Assembly (NCBI GenBank): GCA_050012475.1
Contig: JBEKHC010000007.1
Coordinates: 16,586 to 80,585, forward strand
DNA length: 64,000 nucleotides
Source of the DNA: Candidatus Velthaea sp.
Lineage (GTDB): Bacteria > Vulcanimicrobiota > Vulcanimicrobiia > Vulcanimicrobiales > Vulcanimicrobiaceae
Reading direction: 5' to 3'
The translations under genes were made by a program, and so were the position numbers. Below the pieces are notes generated by a model. It searched no databases. It saw only the letters and a list, made by a program, of their open reading frames with translations, and was not told the DNA's origin. Shown piece by piece: positions 39,955 to 50,042 of this stretch; positions within the stretch are counted from its first letter, which is position 1; each line of letters opens with the position of its first letter.

Positions 39955-41694
39955 ATGTCGACAAATGCGGCGTTTACGATCCAGCACGTTGGAAGTTCCG
40001 AGGTGGTCGAAACCGATCTCACGGGCGTCGATCTGCTCAACGTTCCGCTGCTCAACAAGGGCACGGCATTCTCTGAAGACGAGCGCGACGCATTTCTGCT
40101 GCACGGTCACTTGCCACCGCACGTGGGTACGCTCGAAGAACAGGTGCGGCGGCGAATTCAAGCGCTGCGCGGTTTGGGTTCCGATCTGGAGCGCTATCTG
40201 TTCGTTCGCACGCTTCAGGACACGAACGAAACGCTCTTCTACGCGCTCGTGACCAAACACCTCGAGGAGCTCAATCCGATCGTCTACACGCCGACGGTCG
40301 GTGCGGCGTGCCAGCGGTTCAGCCAGTTCTTTGCCCGGCCGCGCGGTTTGTTTCTGAGTTGGCCGCAGCGTGCAAAGATCGAGCAAATCTTGTCCAATAC
40401 CCGGTTCGACGCCGTCGAGGCGATCGTGGTGACCGACGGCGAGCGCATTTTGGGCTTGGGCGATCAGGGCGCGGGCGGCATGGGAATTCCGATCGGCAAG
40501 CTTGCGCTCTACACCGCGTGCGCCGGTCTGCATCCCCGAACCACGCTGCCGGTGATGCTCGACGTGGGCACCGACAATGCGGAGCGGTTAGAGGATCCGC
40601 TCTACATCGGTTGGCGTCACGAGCGGCTGCGCGGCCAAGTGTACGACGATTTCATCGAGGCGTTCGTGAGTGCCGTGGAGCGCCGCTGGCCGCACGTGCT
40701 GCTGCAGTGGGAGGATTTCGCGCGCGATAACGCCGGCCGGCTGCTGGACAAGTATCGCGACCGGTTGTGTTCGTTCAACGATGACATCCAGGGCACGGCC
40801 GCGATGGCCGCCGGAACGCTGTTGGCGGCCATCGCAGTCACCGGCGGAACCTTGCGCGACCAGCGCATCGTCATCTTCGGCGCGGGTTCGGCCGGCTGCG
40901 GCATCGGCGGCCAATTGCAGCGTTTGATGGCCGCGGCGGGATTGTCGGCGGACGAGATTGGCCGCCGTTTCTTTGCCGTGGATCGCAACGGATTGCTCGT
41001 CGAAGGCGACCCGGATCTGCAATCGTATCAGCTGCCGTTCGTGCAGCCGCGCAGCGCCGTCGCGGACTGGCGGCTGGAACATCCGGGCCGGATAATGCTC
41101 GACGACGTGATCGAGAACGTCAAGGCGACGGTCCTCATCGGGGTGTCGGGGCGCGGCGGCACCTTCACCGAACACGTCGTTCGAACGATGGCGCGCGACA
41201 CGGCGCGGCCGATCATCTTTCCGCTCTCGAATCCGACGGCGAACATTGAGGCAAAGCCCGAGGACCTCATCGCCTGGACCGAAGGCCGCGCGATCGTCGG
41301 TACCGGCAGCCCGTTCTTGCCGGTCAAATACGGCGGCACGTTGATCAAGATCGATCAAACGAACAATTCGTATACCTTCCCCGGGATCGCGCTGGGCGTG
41401 CTTGCCGTGCAAGCCCGGCGCGTGAGCGATGGTATGCTCGAAACCGCGGCGGCCACGTTGGCCGCCGCCTCGCCGGCGCGCCGCAACCCCGGAGCGACGC
41501 TGCTGCCGCCCGTCGCCGATTTACGCAAGGTCGCGGTGTTGATAGCGGAAGCCGTCGCGAAACAAGCGCGCGACGAAAACCTGTGCGACCCGCTCTCGAA
41601 CGCCGAGATCAGCGAGCAGATCGCGCGCAAAATGTGGACACCGGTCTATCCGGCGTTTCGCCGCGGGTCAAAAGGCCGCGACGCCGTTGGGTGA
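39955..41694 (+). CDS. maeA: NAD-dependent malic enzyme
   Basis: NKGTAF, PIVYTPTVG, VTDGERILGLGD, QWEDF, FNDDIQGT, GAGSAG, PLSNPT. Confidence 0.95.
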   Translation: MSTNAAFTIQHVGSSEVVETDLTGVDLLNVPLLNKGTAFSEDERDAFLLHGHLPPHVGTLEEQVRRRIQALRGLGSDLERYLFVRTLQDTNETLFYALVTKHLEELNPIVYTPTVGAACQRFSQFFARPRGLFLSWPQRAKIEQILSNTRFDAVEAIVVTDGERILGLGDQGAGGMGIPIGKLALYTACAGLHPRTTLPVMLDVGTDNAERLEDPLYIGWRHERLRGQVYDDFIEAFVSAVERRWPHVLLQWEDFARDNAGRLLDKYRDRLCSFNDDIQGTAAMAAGTLLAAIAVTGGTLRDQRIVIFGAGSAGCGIGGQLQRLMAAAGLSADEIGRRFFAVDRNGLLVEGDPDLQSYQLPFVQPRSAVADWRLEHPGRIMLDDVIENVKATVLIGVSGRGGTFTEHVVRTMARDTARPIIFPLSNPTANIEAKPEDLIAWTEGRAIVGTGSPFLPVKYGGTLIKIDQTNNSYTFPGIALGVLAVQARRVSDGMLETAAATLAAASPARRNPGATLLPPVADLRKVAVLIAEAVAKQARDENLCDPLSNAEISEQIARKMWTPVYPAFRRGSKGRDAVG

Positions 41695-42906
41695 ACCCAT
41701 GCCGGCCGGACCGTTGTAGCCGGCGCCGGCGTTGCACAGATACGGCGCGAGCAGGCAGATGCCGTTGGACCCGCTCACGATCGAAAACAAACCGGTGGGA
41801 TTTGCGTACAACGAGGCGGCGCCGTTGAGTTGCGCGCCGTTTGCCGCCAGCCCGTAGATCGCGGCGACGATCGGCGTCGAGACGCTCGTGCCGCCGACTT
41901 CGATCCAGCCCTTGTCCTGATACGAGTCGTAGACCGCGACGGGCGTTGCCGGGTCGCCGACCGCCGCGACGTCCGCGAGCGTCCGCTTCGCGCAGCCCGT
42001 ATCGTGCTGCCAGGCGGGTTTGGGCGCGACCGAACTGCAGGCGCTGCCCGTGTTCGACCAAGCGGTTTCGCGCCAACCGCGCGTTAACGTGGAATCGGCG
42101 GCGAGCGTCGTCGCGCCCACCGCAATGCTCGTCGATGCCGCGGCCGGCCAATAGGCCGCACCGTATCCCAGATCGCCGGTTGCGGCGACGACCGGCACAC
42201 CCGGATGCGCCCACATCGCATTTGATTCCGAAGCGTCCTCGGGGATGACGAAGCTGTTGCTGACGGACGTCGCGCCGGCAGCGACCGCTGCCGATACGGC
42301 TGCGGCGAGATCGGTGGCCTTGGTGCTTGCCGCTTGGGACAGCAGCAGACTGCAATTGGGGCAAACCGCCGACGCCATCGCCAGATCGGTGGCGGCCTCG
42401 CGCGCCCAATCCTTATCGCCCGCGTTGCTGCCGGCCGAAATCACGTGAAAACAGCCGGTCGCCGAGGCACAGGCGGGAAGCCCGAACGTCGACCGGTACA
42501 CCGCGAGATCGCTTTCGGCGTTCGGATCGGCAGCCGCGATGACGACGCCGATCGTTTGACCTTGGCCGGCGCCCGCGGAGGGCAACGCATACGCCGATTG
42601 CAGATCGAGGGGATGAAGGCCCGGCACCGCCTGCGCCGGCGTGCCTGGTCCCAACGTCGGTCCGCCCGCCAGTTCGATGTTCGTGCACAGCGCGATATTT
42701 AAAATTGGTATGGTCAGCGAGCAATTTGCGGCAAACGCGCGCAGCTCTTGCGCGTGACGCGCGTTCTGCGTCCCGGGGTTGCTGCCGATGGGGAGCGGCG
42801 GCTGGGCCGACGGTGAACCCGCCCCGCATGCCGCAAGACCAACGATCGCGACGCTTGCAATGCAGCGAACCAACGTGCGCGGTTCAAAGAGTTTTTTCAT
42901 TGACAC
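41668..42906 (-). CDS. Secreted S53/S8 (sedolisin-like) serine peptidase, probable lipoprotein
   Basis: Lipobox-like GLAAC, EAATD, VSNSF, DVAAVGDP, GGTSVSTP, YNGPAGMGSP. Confidence 0.85.
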   Translation of the reverse strand: MSMKKLFEPRTLVRCIASVAIVGLAACGAGSPSAQPPLPIGSNPGTQNARHAQELRAFAANCSLTIPILNIALCTNIELAGGPTLGPGTPAQAVPGLHPLDLQSAYALPSAGAGQGQTIGVVIAAADPNAESDLAVYRSTFGLPACASATGCFHVISAGSNAGDKDWAREAATDLAMASAVCPNCSLLLSQAASTKATDLAAAVSAAVAAGATSVSNSFVIPEDASESNAMWAHPGVPVVAATGDLGYGAAYWPAAASTSIAVGATTLAADSTLTRGWRETAWSNTGSACSSVAPKPAWQHDTGCAKRTLADVAAVGDPATPVAVYDSYQDKGWIEVGGTSVSTPIVAAIYGLAANGAQLNGAASLYANPTGLFSIVSGSNGICLLAPYLCNAGAGYNGPAGMGSPNGVAAF

Positions 42907-42972
42907 TCATTCCTCATCGCTCCGGCGCGGCAGCCGGTGGATCGCAAGGTGCTCGTCGCGCTGCGGACCGCG

Positions 42973-45900
42973 CTACGCGATCGAATGCACCGTGGGCCGG
43001 AAATGCAACACGCCGATCATGGCGGCGACGATCTCCGGATCGAATTGGGTCTCGCGATTCCGCTGGAGTTCTTCGAGCGCCGCGTTGGGCGCAAGCGGGG
43101 CGCGATACGGACGACGAGCGATCATGGCGTTGAACGAGTCGGCGACGGCCACGATCCGGGCTGCCAGCGGGATCGCGCGCAGGCGCAGACCGTCGGGGTA
43201 GCCGCTGCCGTCGAGCCGTTCGTGATGGCCCCGCACGATCGGGATGAATGGACGCAGGAGATCGATGTCGCCGACGACTCGGGCGCCCTCCGCCGCATGA
43301 TTCTTCATGGTCGACCATTCGACTGGGCTCAGCCCGCGCGGCGCATTCAAGATTTCCAGCGGCGTCCGCATTTTGCCGATGTCGTGAACGAGTCCGCACC
43401 GGCTGACGAACTCGACCTGCGTTTCGCCAAGGCCCAAGGTTCGCGCGATTCGCGTACACCAGGCCGAAACGGCCCGGGAATGCTCGGCCGTGAGCGGCGA
43501 TGCGATCTCGAGCTGGTCGATCAGCGTGGCGATCGATGCGTCGACGTCATCGACGAAACGGAGCAACGCCGGTGCCGGGAGCGCCGGCTGCGCGAGCACC
43601 GTGCCCACGGTTTGGCTTGGCCCCGCAAGCCCGCGCCGATACGGCAGCGTCTCGATCAGCCGCGCCATGCCGCCGAACGAGGCCGTCCGCAGCTCGGCCA
43701 GCGCGCTGCGCGCGGCCGCCGTGACGGCTGGTGACTCGAGCGATCCGGCAAGCAGCGCGTCGAGCACGCTGCGCAAGGCGGCGTTGCGCGGCGGCCGTTC
43801 GACCGCCGTGCGATCGGCCCGCTCGATCCAAGTCCGCGTTTGGTTCAGATCGCCGCCGGCCCACGCGGCAAGCGCCAGCGTCAAGAGGGTGAGGTCCGAC
43901 ATCGACGTCGGAACGTCGACGGCCTCCTGCTCGTGCTGCGCGCTGCGCGCGGCGTGTTGCGCGCGTCGCGCCTCGCCTTGGGCCGCGCGATACACGCTGA
44001 TCTGCGCCCAGCTCAACGCACGTCGCTGCGGAGTCGCATAGCGCTCGGCCGTCGGCTGCAGCAGTTCCGCAGCGGCGGCGAAGTTTCCCGAGTACGCGAC
44101 CCGCAACGCTCTCGCCGGCAAAAACGACTCGACGATTTCGACCCCAGCATCGTGTTTGTCGACGGCGGCAAGCTGCGTCTCGAGCGCAGCGAGGGCCGCC
44201 TCGTCGCCGGCTTCTGCCTGCAGCTCGTACATCCCCAGCAGCGAATAGCGTTCGAGCCGCAAGGTCCCGGACTTCACCCCCATCGCGCGCACGCGGCGCA
44301 GGTATTGGAGGCTCGCGATCGCATCGCCGCTGCGATAGGCGATGTTGTATAACACCGAATACGTCGAGGCGGCAACGTCGTACAGCGATTGGGCTACCGC
44401 CAGCGGCGCGGCAATCGATGCCCGTTCGCGAGCGAGTTCGAGTGCTCCGCATTCCAGCGCGACATACGCAGCGCGAGCGAATACCCGAGCGCGCAAAGCC
44501 GGCGGCAGGTCCGCGTCGAGCATCGTGAAGACTTGCTCGGTGCGCGAACGCGCTTCGTCGAGTTGGTTTGCCGCCGCCAATGCCTGCGCGAAGGACGAGC
44601 GGACGTCGATGAGGACCGCGCGCGGCAGCGTCGTCGAGTCGGCGAAGGGTTGGAGCACGGCGCACGCGTCGTCGCGCCGGCGCACTGCAAGTTCACGCGC
44701 GTAGTACAGCGCGATCGTAACCCGCGTGCTCTCGTCGTTCGCGCTTTCCAATCCAAGCCGAAACCAGGCCTCGGCCGCATCGAAGCGGCCCCGCTGAGCG
44801 TCCAGATAGCCGCGCAAAGCGTGCGCCTTCGCGCCCGGCGATGCTTCGGAGCCGTCGCCGGCGTCGAGTGCCTCGCTGATGACGTCGATCTCGCCCGACT
44901 CCAGCAGTTGAAAGCCGTATTCGTCGAGTAACGCGCAGCGTTCGGTGCTCAGCCCCTGGCGGGTTGCAACGTCCAGCGCGTCCCCGACGTGCCCGGCGCG
45001 CCGCAGCGACTGCACCGCTTGGCGCGCAATCGTCGACCGGAACGCGGGCTCGCAAGCGGCAAAGCGCCCGGCCAAGTATGCGCGGAAGCGATCGTGAAAA
45101 CGAAGATTGCCCGCGGAGTCCCGTTCCCACATGAACGGCGCGTCGCAGACCATGGTGGTCCGGATCTCGAAGGCGTCCTGCCAACCGGACAACGCCAGCA
45201 CATCGTCGTCGATCCGCGAGCAAAGCGCGGCGTTGAAGAGCAACGCTCGCTGACGTCCGGAACGGCGATCGAAGATCGCCGTCGCAATGCCCTCGAACGT
45301 GTCGGGCAGGGGCGCGCGGGCAAACGCCTGCGGATCGCGGCACAACCGCGTCAAGGCATACATCACCGCGATCGGCAGCCCGCGCGTGGCGGCCAGGATC
45401 TGCGCGATCGCGCCAGGCTCGAGCGGCACGCCGAACTGCGCTGCGGCCGTCGCGACGTCGAGATCATCGAAGCGTAAATCGGCTTCGTCGATTGGACGAT
45501 CCATCCGGCCGGTGGCCATCCAGAGCGCAACGGGGAGTTCCCCGCTCGTGCGCAGCGCGATCGTCAGCGCATGTTCGGACCGTACATCCGCCAGCGCGGC
45601 GATGAACGCGGCGATGCACGGATCGGACGCCGCATCGTGAAGGTCGTCGAGAACGATCGCCCGATCGATGCCGGCGAGATGCTCGCCCAGCCAATGCGCG
45701 AGCACCATTCCCGGCGAGCGCGATTGGAGCGCTCGCTCCCAGGCCCGCGGGAACGATGCCTGCGCGCCGGGTGCGATCGGCGCGATCGTTTCCGCGAGTC
45801 CGTGAACGAAGCGTCCGAACGTGCCGTGTTCTTCGCCGGCGCGGAAATAAATTGTGTCGGGATCGATGCGCAAGCCGCGCAGAAGTTCGCTCTTACCGCA

Positions 45901-46002
45901 GCCCGCCGGGCCCTGCAAAAGAACGATCCCGGCCGACGCCGGCAAGCGGCACTCGAGCCGCGGGCGTTTGACGCGCGCCGCTGCGGTGCATGTCATCGCC
46001 AT
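42973..46002 (-). CDS. MalT-like NTPase/helical sensor protein with C-terminal HD-GYP domain
   Basis: RPRL..GPAGCGKS Walker A, VLDDLH Walker B, TRGLPIA; C-terminal HSRAV, HDIGK, HHERLDGSGYP, VADSFNAM..RPYR. Confidence 0.85.
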   Translation of the reverse strand: MAMTCTAAARVKRPRLECRLPASAGIVLLQGPAGCGKSELLRGLRIDPDTIYFRAGEEHGTFGRFVHGLAETIAPIAPGAQASFPRAWERALQSRSPGMVLAHWLGEHLAGIDRAIVLDDLHDAASDPCIAAFIAALADVRSEHALTIALRTSGELPVALWMATGRMDRPIDEADLRFDDLDVATAAAQFGVPLEPGAIAQILAATRGLPIAVMYALTRLCRDPQAFARAPLPDTFEGIATAIFDRRSGRQRALLFNAALCSRIDDDVLALSGWQDAFEIRTTMVCDAPFMWERDSAGNLRFHDRFRAYLAGRFAACEPAFRSTIARQAVQSLRRAGHVGDALDVATRQGLSTERCALLDEYGFQLLESGEIDVISEALDAGDGSEASPGAKAHALRGYLDAQRGRFDAAEAWFRLGLESANDESTRVTIALYYARELAVRRRDDACAVLQPFADSTTLPRAVLIDVRSSFAQALAAANQLDEARSRTEQVFTMLDADLPPALRARVFARAAYVALECGALELARERASIAAPLAVAQSLYDVAASTYSVLYNIAYRSGDAIASLQYLRRVRAMGVKSGTLRLERYSLLGMYELQAEAGDEAALAALETQLAAVDKHDAGVEIVESFLPARALRVAYSGNFAAAAELLQPTAERYATPQRRALSWAQISVYRAAQGEARRAQHAARSAQHEQEAVDVPTSMSDLTLLTLALAAWAGGDLNQTRTWIERADRTAVERPPRNAALRSVLDALLAGSLESPAVTAAARSALAELRTASFGGMARLIETLPYRRGLAGPSQTVGTVLAQPALPAPALLRFVDDVDASIATLIDQLEIASPLTAEHSRAVSAWCTRIARTLGLGETQVEFVSRCGLVHDIGKMRTPLEILNAPRGLSPVEWSTMKNHAAEGARVVGDIDLLRPFIPIVRGHHERLDGSGYPDGLRLRAIPLAARIVAVADSFNAMIARRPYRAPLAPNAALEELQRNRETQFDPEIVAAMIGVLHFRPTVHSIA

Positions 46003-46353
46003 GAGCGGCTCGTCCCCCGTTTCGCGCATCGCGCTGCATCGCGTCTCGCCATGCTGGGTAACGTTCTCAATGCGAGCTCCATTTGCCAGCCGTTTTGGCG
46101 CCTGTTCGTGTTTGTCGCCCGAAAGAGCGGTAGCAGTCTCGATTGCCGTGCGGGAGTCTATCCCTCCGCTTGAGTTGCTTGCGCTTCGCTTGCGTTGCTT
46201 CGAACGAAAGGTCTGACGCAACCAGAATTCTCGCTGCACGGGTGGCGGATTTTTCCGCGGGCCGAATACGCGGAATGCAAGCGCGCGGTTCGCCATCGGC
46301 GATCCCGCGAGGCTTTCACGGAGAGGCGGCCTCGCGCGGCGAAGGCCGAGGGA

Positions 46354-47916
46354 ATGCCCGCTGTTTCGACCCGTCCGGCAACCGTCGTCATCCTGGATTT
46401 CGGCGCCCAATATAGCCAGTTGATCGCGCGCCGCGCTCGGGAAGCGCGCGTTTACAGCGAGCTGCTTCCTTACGACACGCCCTGGAGCGACATCGAAAAG
46501 CGCCGCCCGGCGGCGATCATCTTGACCGGCGGGCCCGAATCGACGCTCGCGCCCGGTGCTCCGGGACTGGATCCCGGCGTGCTGGCCAGCGGGCTGCCGA
46601 TCCTGGGCATTTGCTACGGCATGCAACTCTTGGCGCGGGATTTGGGCGGCGAACTCACGCCGCTGCAGCACAGCGAATTCGGCCCCGCGCAGCTGAGCGT
46701 CGACCGGCACGACAGCGCGTTGTTTTTCGGCGTACCGCCCGAGAGCCGGGTCTGGATGTCGCACGGCGATTCGGTCGTCACGCCACCGGCGGGGTTTGCG
46801 GCGCTGGCCCACACGTCGCGCTGCGCGATCGCGGCGATGGGAGATCAGACGCGCAAGATCTTCGCGGTTCAGTTCCATCCCGAAGTGGTCCACACCGACT
46901 ACGGCGCGACGGTGATCGAAAACTTTCTGCATCGCATCGCCGGCATCGCCGGCGATTGGGAGATGGGCGCCTTCGTCGAGCACGCGATCGACGACGTGCG
47001 CGCGCAGGTCGGCGACGCGAACGTGATCTGCGCGCTGTCGGGCGGCGTCGATTCAGCGGTCGCCGCGACGCTGGTATCGCGCGCGATCGGCAAACAGCTG
47101 ACCTGCATCTTCGTCGACACCGGTTTGATGCGCAAAGACGAAGCGCGCAACGTACTGGCGGCTTTTCGCGACGTGCTGCACCTCAACGTCATCGCCGTCG
47201 ACGCCGAAGACCGCTTTCTGACGCGGCTGGCCGGGATCGAAGATCCCGAAGAGAAGCGGATTCGCATCGGTCACGAGTTCATCGCGATCTTCGAGGAAGA
47301 AGCGAAAAAAATCGCGGGCGTGAAGTTTCTGGTGCAAGGCACGCTCTATCCCGACGTCATCGAATCGAAAACTCCGGGTTCCAAAGCCGGGCACAAGATC
47401 AAATCGCACCACAACGTCGGCGGCTTGCCGGAGCGCATGGATTTCGCGCTGATCGAACCGCTGCGGCTGCTGTTCAAAGATGAAGTGCGCGCGGCCGGCC
47501 GGGTTCTCGGTTTGCCCAAGCCGATCGTCGAGCGGCAACCCTTCCCGGGCCCGGGCTTGGCCGTGCGCGTTCTCGGTGCGTGCGATAAAGAACGGTTGGA
47601 AACGGTGCGGCGAGCCGATTGGATCGTGACCAGCGAGATCGATGCCGCGGATCATCTGGTGCCCAAGCCGTGGCAATACTTCGCCGTCCTGACCCCGCTG
47701 CGCAGCGTGGGCGTGATGGGCGACGGGCGCACCTATGCCAATTTGGTCGCGGTCCGCGCGATTACCAGCGAAGACGGGATGACGGCGGACTGGGCCCGGC
47801 TGCCGCACGTCTTGCTCGAGCGCATCAGCACCCGCATCGTCAACGAAGTGCCGGGCATCAATCGCGTGGCCTACGATATCACGTCCAAACCGCCCGCCAC
47901 CGTCGAATGGGAATAG
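46354..47916 (+). CDS. guaA: GMP synthase (glutamine-hydrolysing)
   Basis: LDFGAQY, GICYGMQ, QFHPEV, SGGVDS, IKSHHNVGG, KPPATVEWE. Confidence 0.97.
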   Translation: MPAVSTRPATVVILDFGAQYSQLIARRAREARVYSELLPYDTPWSDIEKRRPAAIILTGGPESTLAPGAPGLDPGVLASGLPILGICYGMQLLARDLGGELTPLQHSEFGPAQLSVDRHDSALFFGVPPESRVWMSHGDSVVTPPAGFAALAHTSRCAIAAMGDQTRKIFAVQFHPEVVHTDYGATVIENFLHRIAGIAGDWEMGAFVEHAIDDVRAQVGDANVICALSGGVDSAVAATLVSRAIGKQLTCIFVDTGLMRKDEARNVLAAFRDVLHLNVIAVDAEDRFLTRLAGIEDPEEKRIRIGHEFIAIFEEEAKKIAGVKFLVQGTLYPDVIESKTPGSKAGHKIKSHHNVGGLPERMDFALIEPLRLLFKDEVRAAGRVLGLPKPIVERQPFPGPGLAVRVLGACDKERLETVRRADWIVTSEIDAADHLVPKPWQYFAVLTPLRSVGVMGDGRTYANLVAVRAITSEDGMTADWARLPHVLLERISTRIVNEVPGINRVAYDITSKPPATVEWE

Positions 47917-47920
47917 CGCG

Positions 47921-49192
47921 ATGCGCATTTTGATCGTGGGCAGCGGCGCGCGGGAAGACGCGTTGTCGTGGCGGCTGGCGCGTTCGCCGTCATGCGAGGC
48001 GCTCTTCCATGCTCCCGGCAACGCGGGCACGGCGGCACGCGGCGAGAATCTGAGCGATGTCGGCGTCACCGACGCGCGCAAGATCGTCGATCGCGCCAAA
48101 GCCCTCAAGATCGACTTGGTCGTCATCGGTCCGGAAACCGCGATCGCTGCCGGCGTCGGCGACCGCGTGCGCGATGCGGGCATCGCGGTGTTCGGTCCGA
48201 ACCGCGCCGGCGGCCGGCTGGAAACGAGCAAGATCTTCGCCAAGCGCTTCATGGACCGCCACAATATCCCGACGGCGCGGTTCAAAGTCGTGCATTCGCT
48301 CGAACAAGCGCACAAGGCGCTCGAAGAGTGGCAGGGCGGCGTGGTCGTCAAAGCCGACGGGCTGGCCGCCGGCAAGGGCGTCGTCGTCGCCGACGACGTC
48401 GCCAGCGCGAAAGCCGTGCTGCGCACCTGGTACGAATCGGGCGTTCCCGGCGGCGGCGTCGACATCGTGCTCGAGGAACGGCTGAGCGGACGTGAAGTCA
48501 GCGTGTTCGCCGTAGCCGACGGCCGGGCGATGATCCCGGTTGCTGCGGCCTGCGACTACAAGCGCGCCGGCGACGGCGACGCCGGACCGAATACCGGCGG
48601 GATGGGAGCGTACTCGCCGCCGGCGAATTTTCCGCCCGAATTTTTGACGATCGTTCGCGAGCAAATCGTCGGACCGACCCTGCGCGGGCTGCTCTCCGAG
48701 GGCGAAGAATACCGCGGCGTCTTGTACTGCGGGCTGATGTGGACGAAAACGGGCCCCGTGGTGATCGAATACAACGCGCGGTGGGGCGACCCCGAAACGC
48801 AAGTGCTGATGCCGCGCGTGACCGGTGATTTCGCGCGCTATCTGCGCTCGGCCGCGGATGGCGCGGTGGAATTCGATGCCGCCGGTCTCTCGAACGAGGC
48901 TTGCGTCGGCGTAACCCTTGCCACCAAGGCGTATCCGTACGAGAACACGCCGGTCGCCGGATTGCCCGCGACGTTCGATTTGCCGCCCGGCGTGACGGCG
49001 TTCTGGGGCACCTCGACGCGGACCGGCGATGTGGTGAGTTCGCCCGGCGGGCGCGTGCTCACGATCGCGGCGCGCGGAGCGACCGTCGCGGCCGCCCGCA
49101 GCGCCGTCTACGACGCGATCGCGCAACTCAAGCCGCAATTTCCGCCCGGCACGCCGCTCACGTTCCGCTCCGACATCGCCAAGCTGTCATAA
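47921..49192 (+). CDS. purD: Phosphoribosylamine-glycine ligase
   Basis: GSGARE, KADGLAAGKGV, DYKRAGDGDAGPNTGGMGAY, EYNARWGDPE. Confidence 0.96.
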   Translation: MRILIVGSGAREDALSWRLARSPSCEALFHAPGNAGTAARGENLSDVGVTDARKIVDRAKALKIDLVVIGPETAIAAGVGDRVRDAGIAVFGPNRAGGRLETSKIFAKRFMDRHNIPTARFKVVHSLEQAHKALEEWQGGVVVKADGLAAGKGVVVADDVASAKAVLRTWYESGVPGGGVDIVLEERLSGREVSVFAVADGRAMIPVAAACDYKRAGDGDAGPNTGGMGAYSPPANFPPEFLTIVREQIVGPTLRGLLSEGEEYRGVLYCGLMWTKTGPVVIEYNARWGDPETQVLMPRVTGDFARYLRSAADGAVEFDAAGLSNEACVGVTLATKAYPYENTPVAGLPATFDLPPGVTAFWGTSTRTGDVVSSPGGRVLTIAARGATVAAARSAVYDAIAQLKPQFPPGTPLTFRSDIAKLS

Positions 49193-49241
49193 CGTTGCAC
49201 GCGTGCCGTCGGCTCCGCCGACTCGAGAAGGAGAAGTAGCG

Positions 49242-50018
49242 ATGCCGCTTGTCGACGTAGCCATCGAAGATTCGATCGGCACGCTCACGATGAATTATGG
49301 TAAGAAGCACAACGCCTTGTGCGCGGCGCTGGTCGACGACCTCATCATCGCGTTCGGACAGCTGCGCGAGCAGCGAGCGCGCGTCGCGATTTTGCGCGCC
49401 GTCAAAGGCGTCGGCGTGTGGTCGGCCGGGCACGACATCAACGAGCTGCCGTTGCGGCGCGATCCGCTGGGTTGGGACGACCCGCTGCGCCATCTCATCC
49501 GCGAGATCGAACACTTTCCCGCACCGGTCATTGCGCTCGTCGAGGGAACCGTGTGGGGCGGCGGCAGCGAGACGGTATTTGCCTGCGATCTGGTCGTTGC
49601 GGCGCCGGGCGTCACCTTCGCGGTCACCCCGGCGCGCTTGGGGGTACCGTACAACGTCACGGGGATGCTGACGTTCCTCAATTCGGCCGACATCCGCATC
49701 GTCAAAGAGATGGCCTTCACCGCCAAGCCGATGTCGGCACAGCGGGCCGCTCAGCTGGGCATCATCAATTACGTCGTCGCCAACGATGAGATCGAAGCCT
49801 TCACCATGGGCTTGGCGCGCGACATCGCCGCCAACGCGCCGCTGAGCATCTCGGTGATGAAGGAGCAGCTGCGGATTTTGGCCGGCGCGCAGACGATGTC
49901 GCCCGAGAAGTTCGAGCAAGTTCAAGGTCTGCGCCGGATCGTTTACGACAGCCACGACTACGAAGAAGGCATCACCGCGTTCAAGGAAAAGCGCGCGCCG
50001 AAGTTTCGCGGCGAGTAG
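49242..50018 (+). CDS. scpB: Methylmalonyl-CoA decarboxylase (crotonase fold)
   Basis: NYGKKHNAL, SAGHDINELP..DPLGWDDPLR, VEGTVWGG, closely resembling E. coli ScpB as I recall it. Confidence 0.85.
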   Translation: MPLVDVAIEDSIGTLTMNYGKKHNALCAALVDDLIIAFGQLREQRARVAILRAVKGVGVWSAGHDINELPLRRDPLGWDDPLRHLIREIEHFPAPVIALVEGTVWGGGSETVFACDLVVAAPGVTFAVTPARLGVPYNVTGMLTFLNSADIRIVKEMAFTAKPMSAQRAAQLGIINYVVANDEIEAFTMGLARDIAANAPLSISVMKEQLRILAGAQTMSPEKFEQVQGLRRIVYDSHDYEEGITAFKEKRAPKFRGE

Positions 50019-50042
50019 CACGCGCAGGCGGGCGCGCTGCAA

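Noticed and set aside
46003..46983. N-terminal ~330 aa of the 1336-aa minus-strand ORF
   Set aside because: Antisense shadow of guaA plus intergenic DNA; the real protein likely starts near 46002
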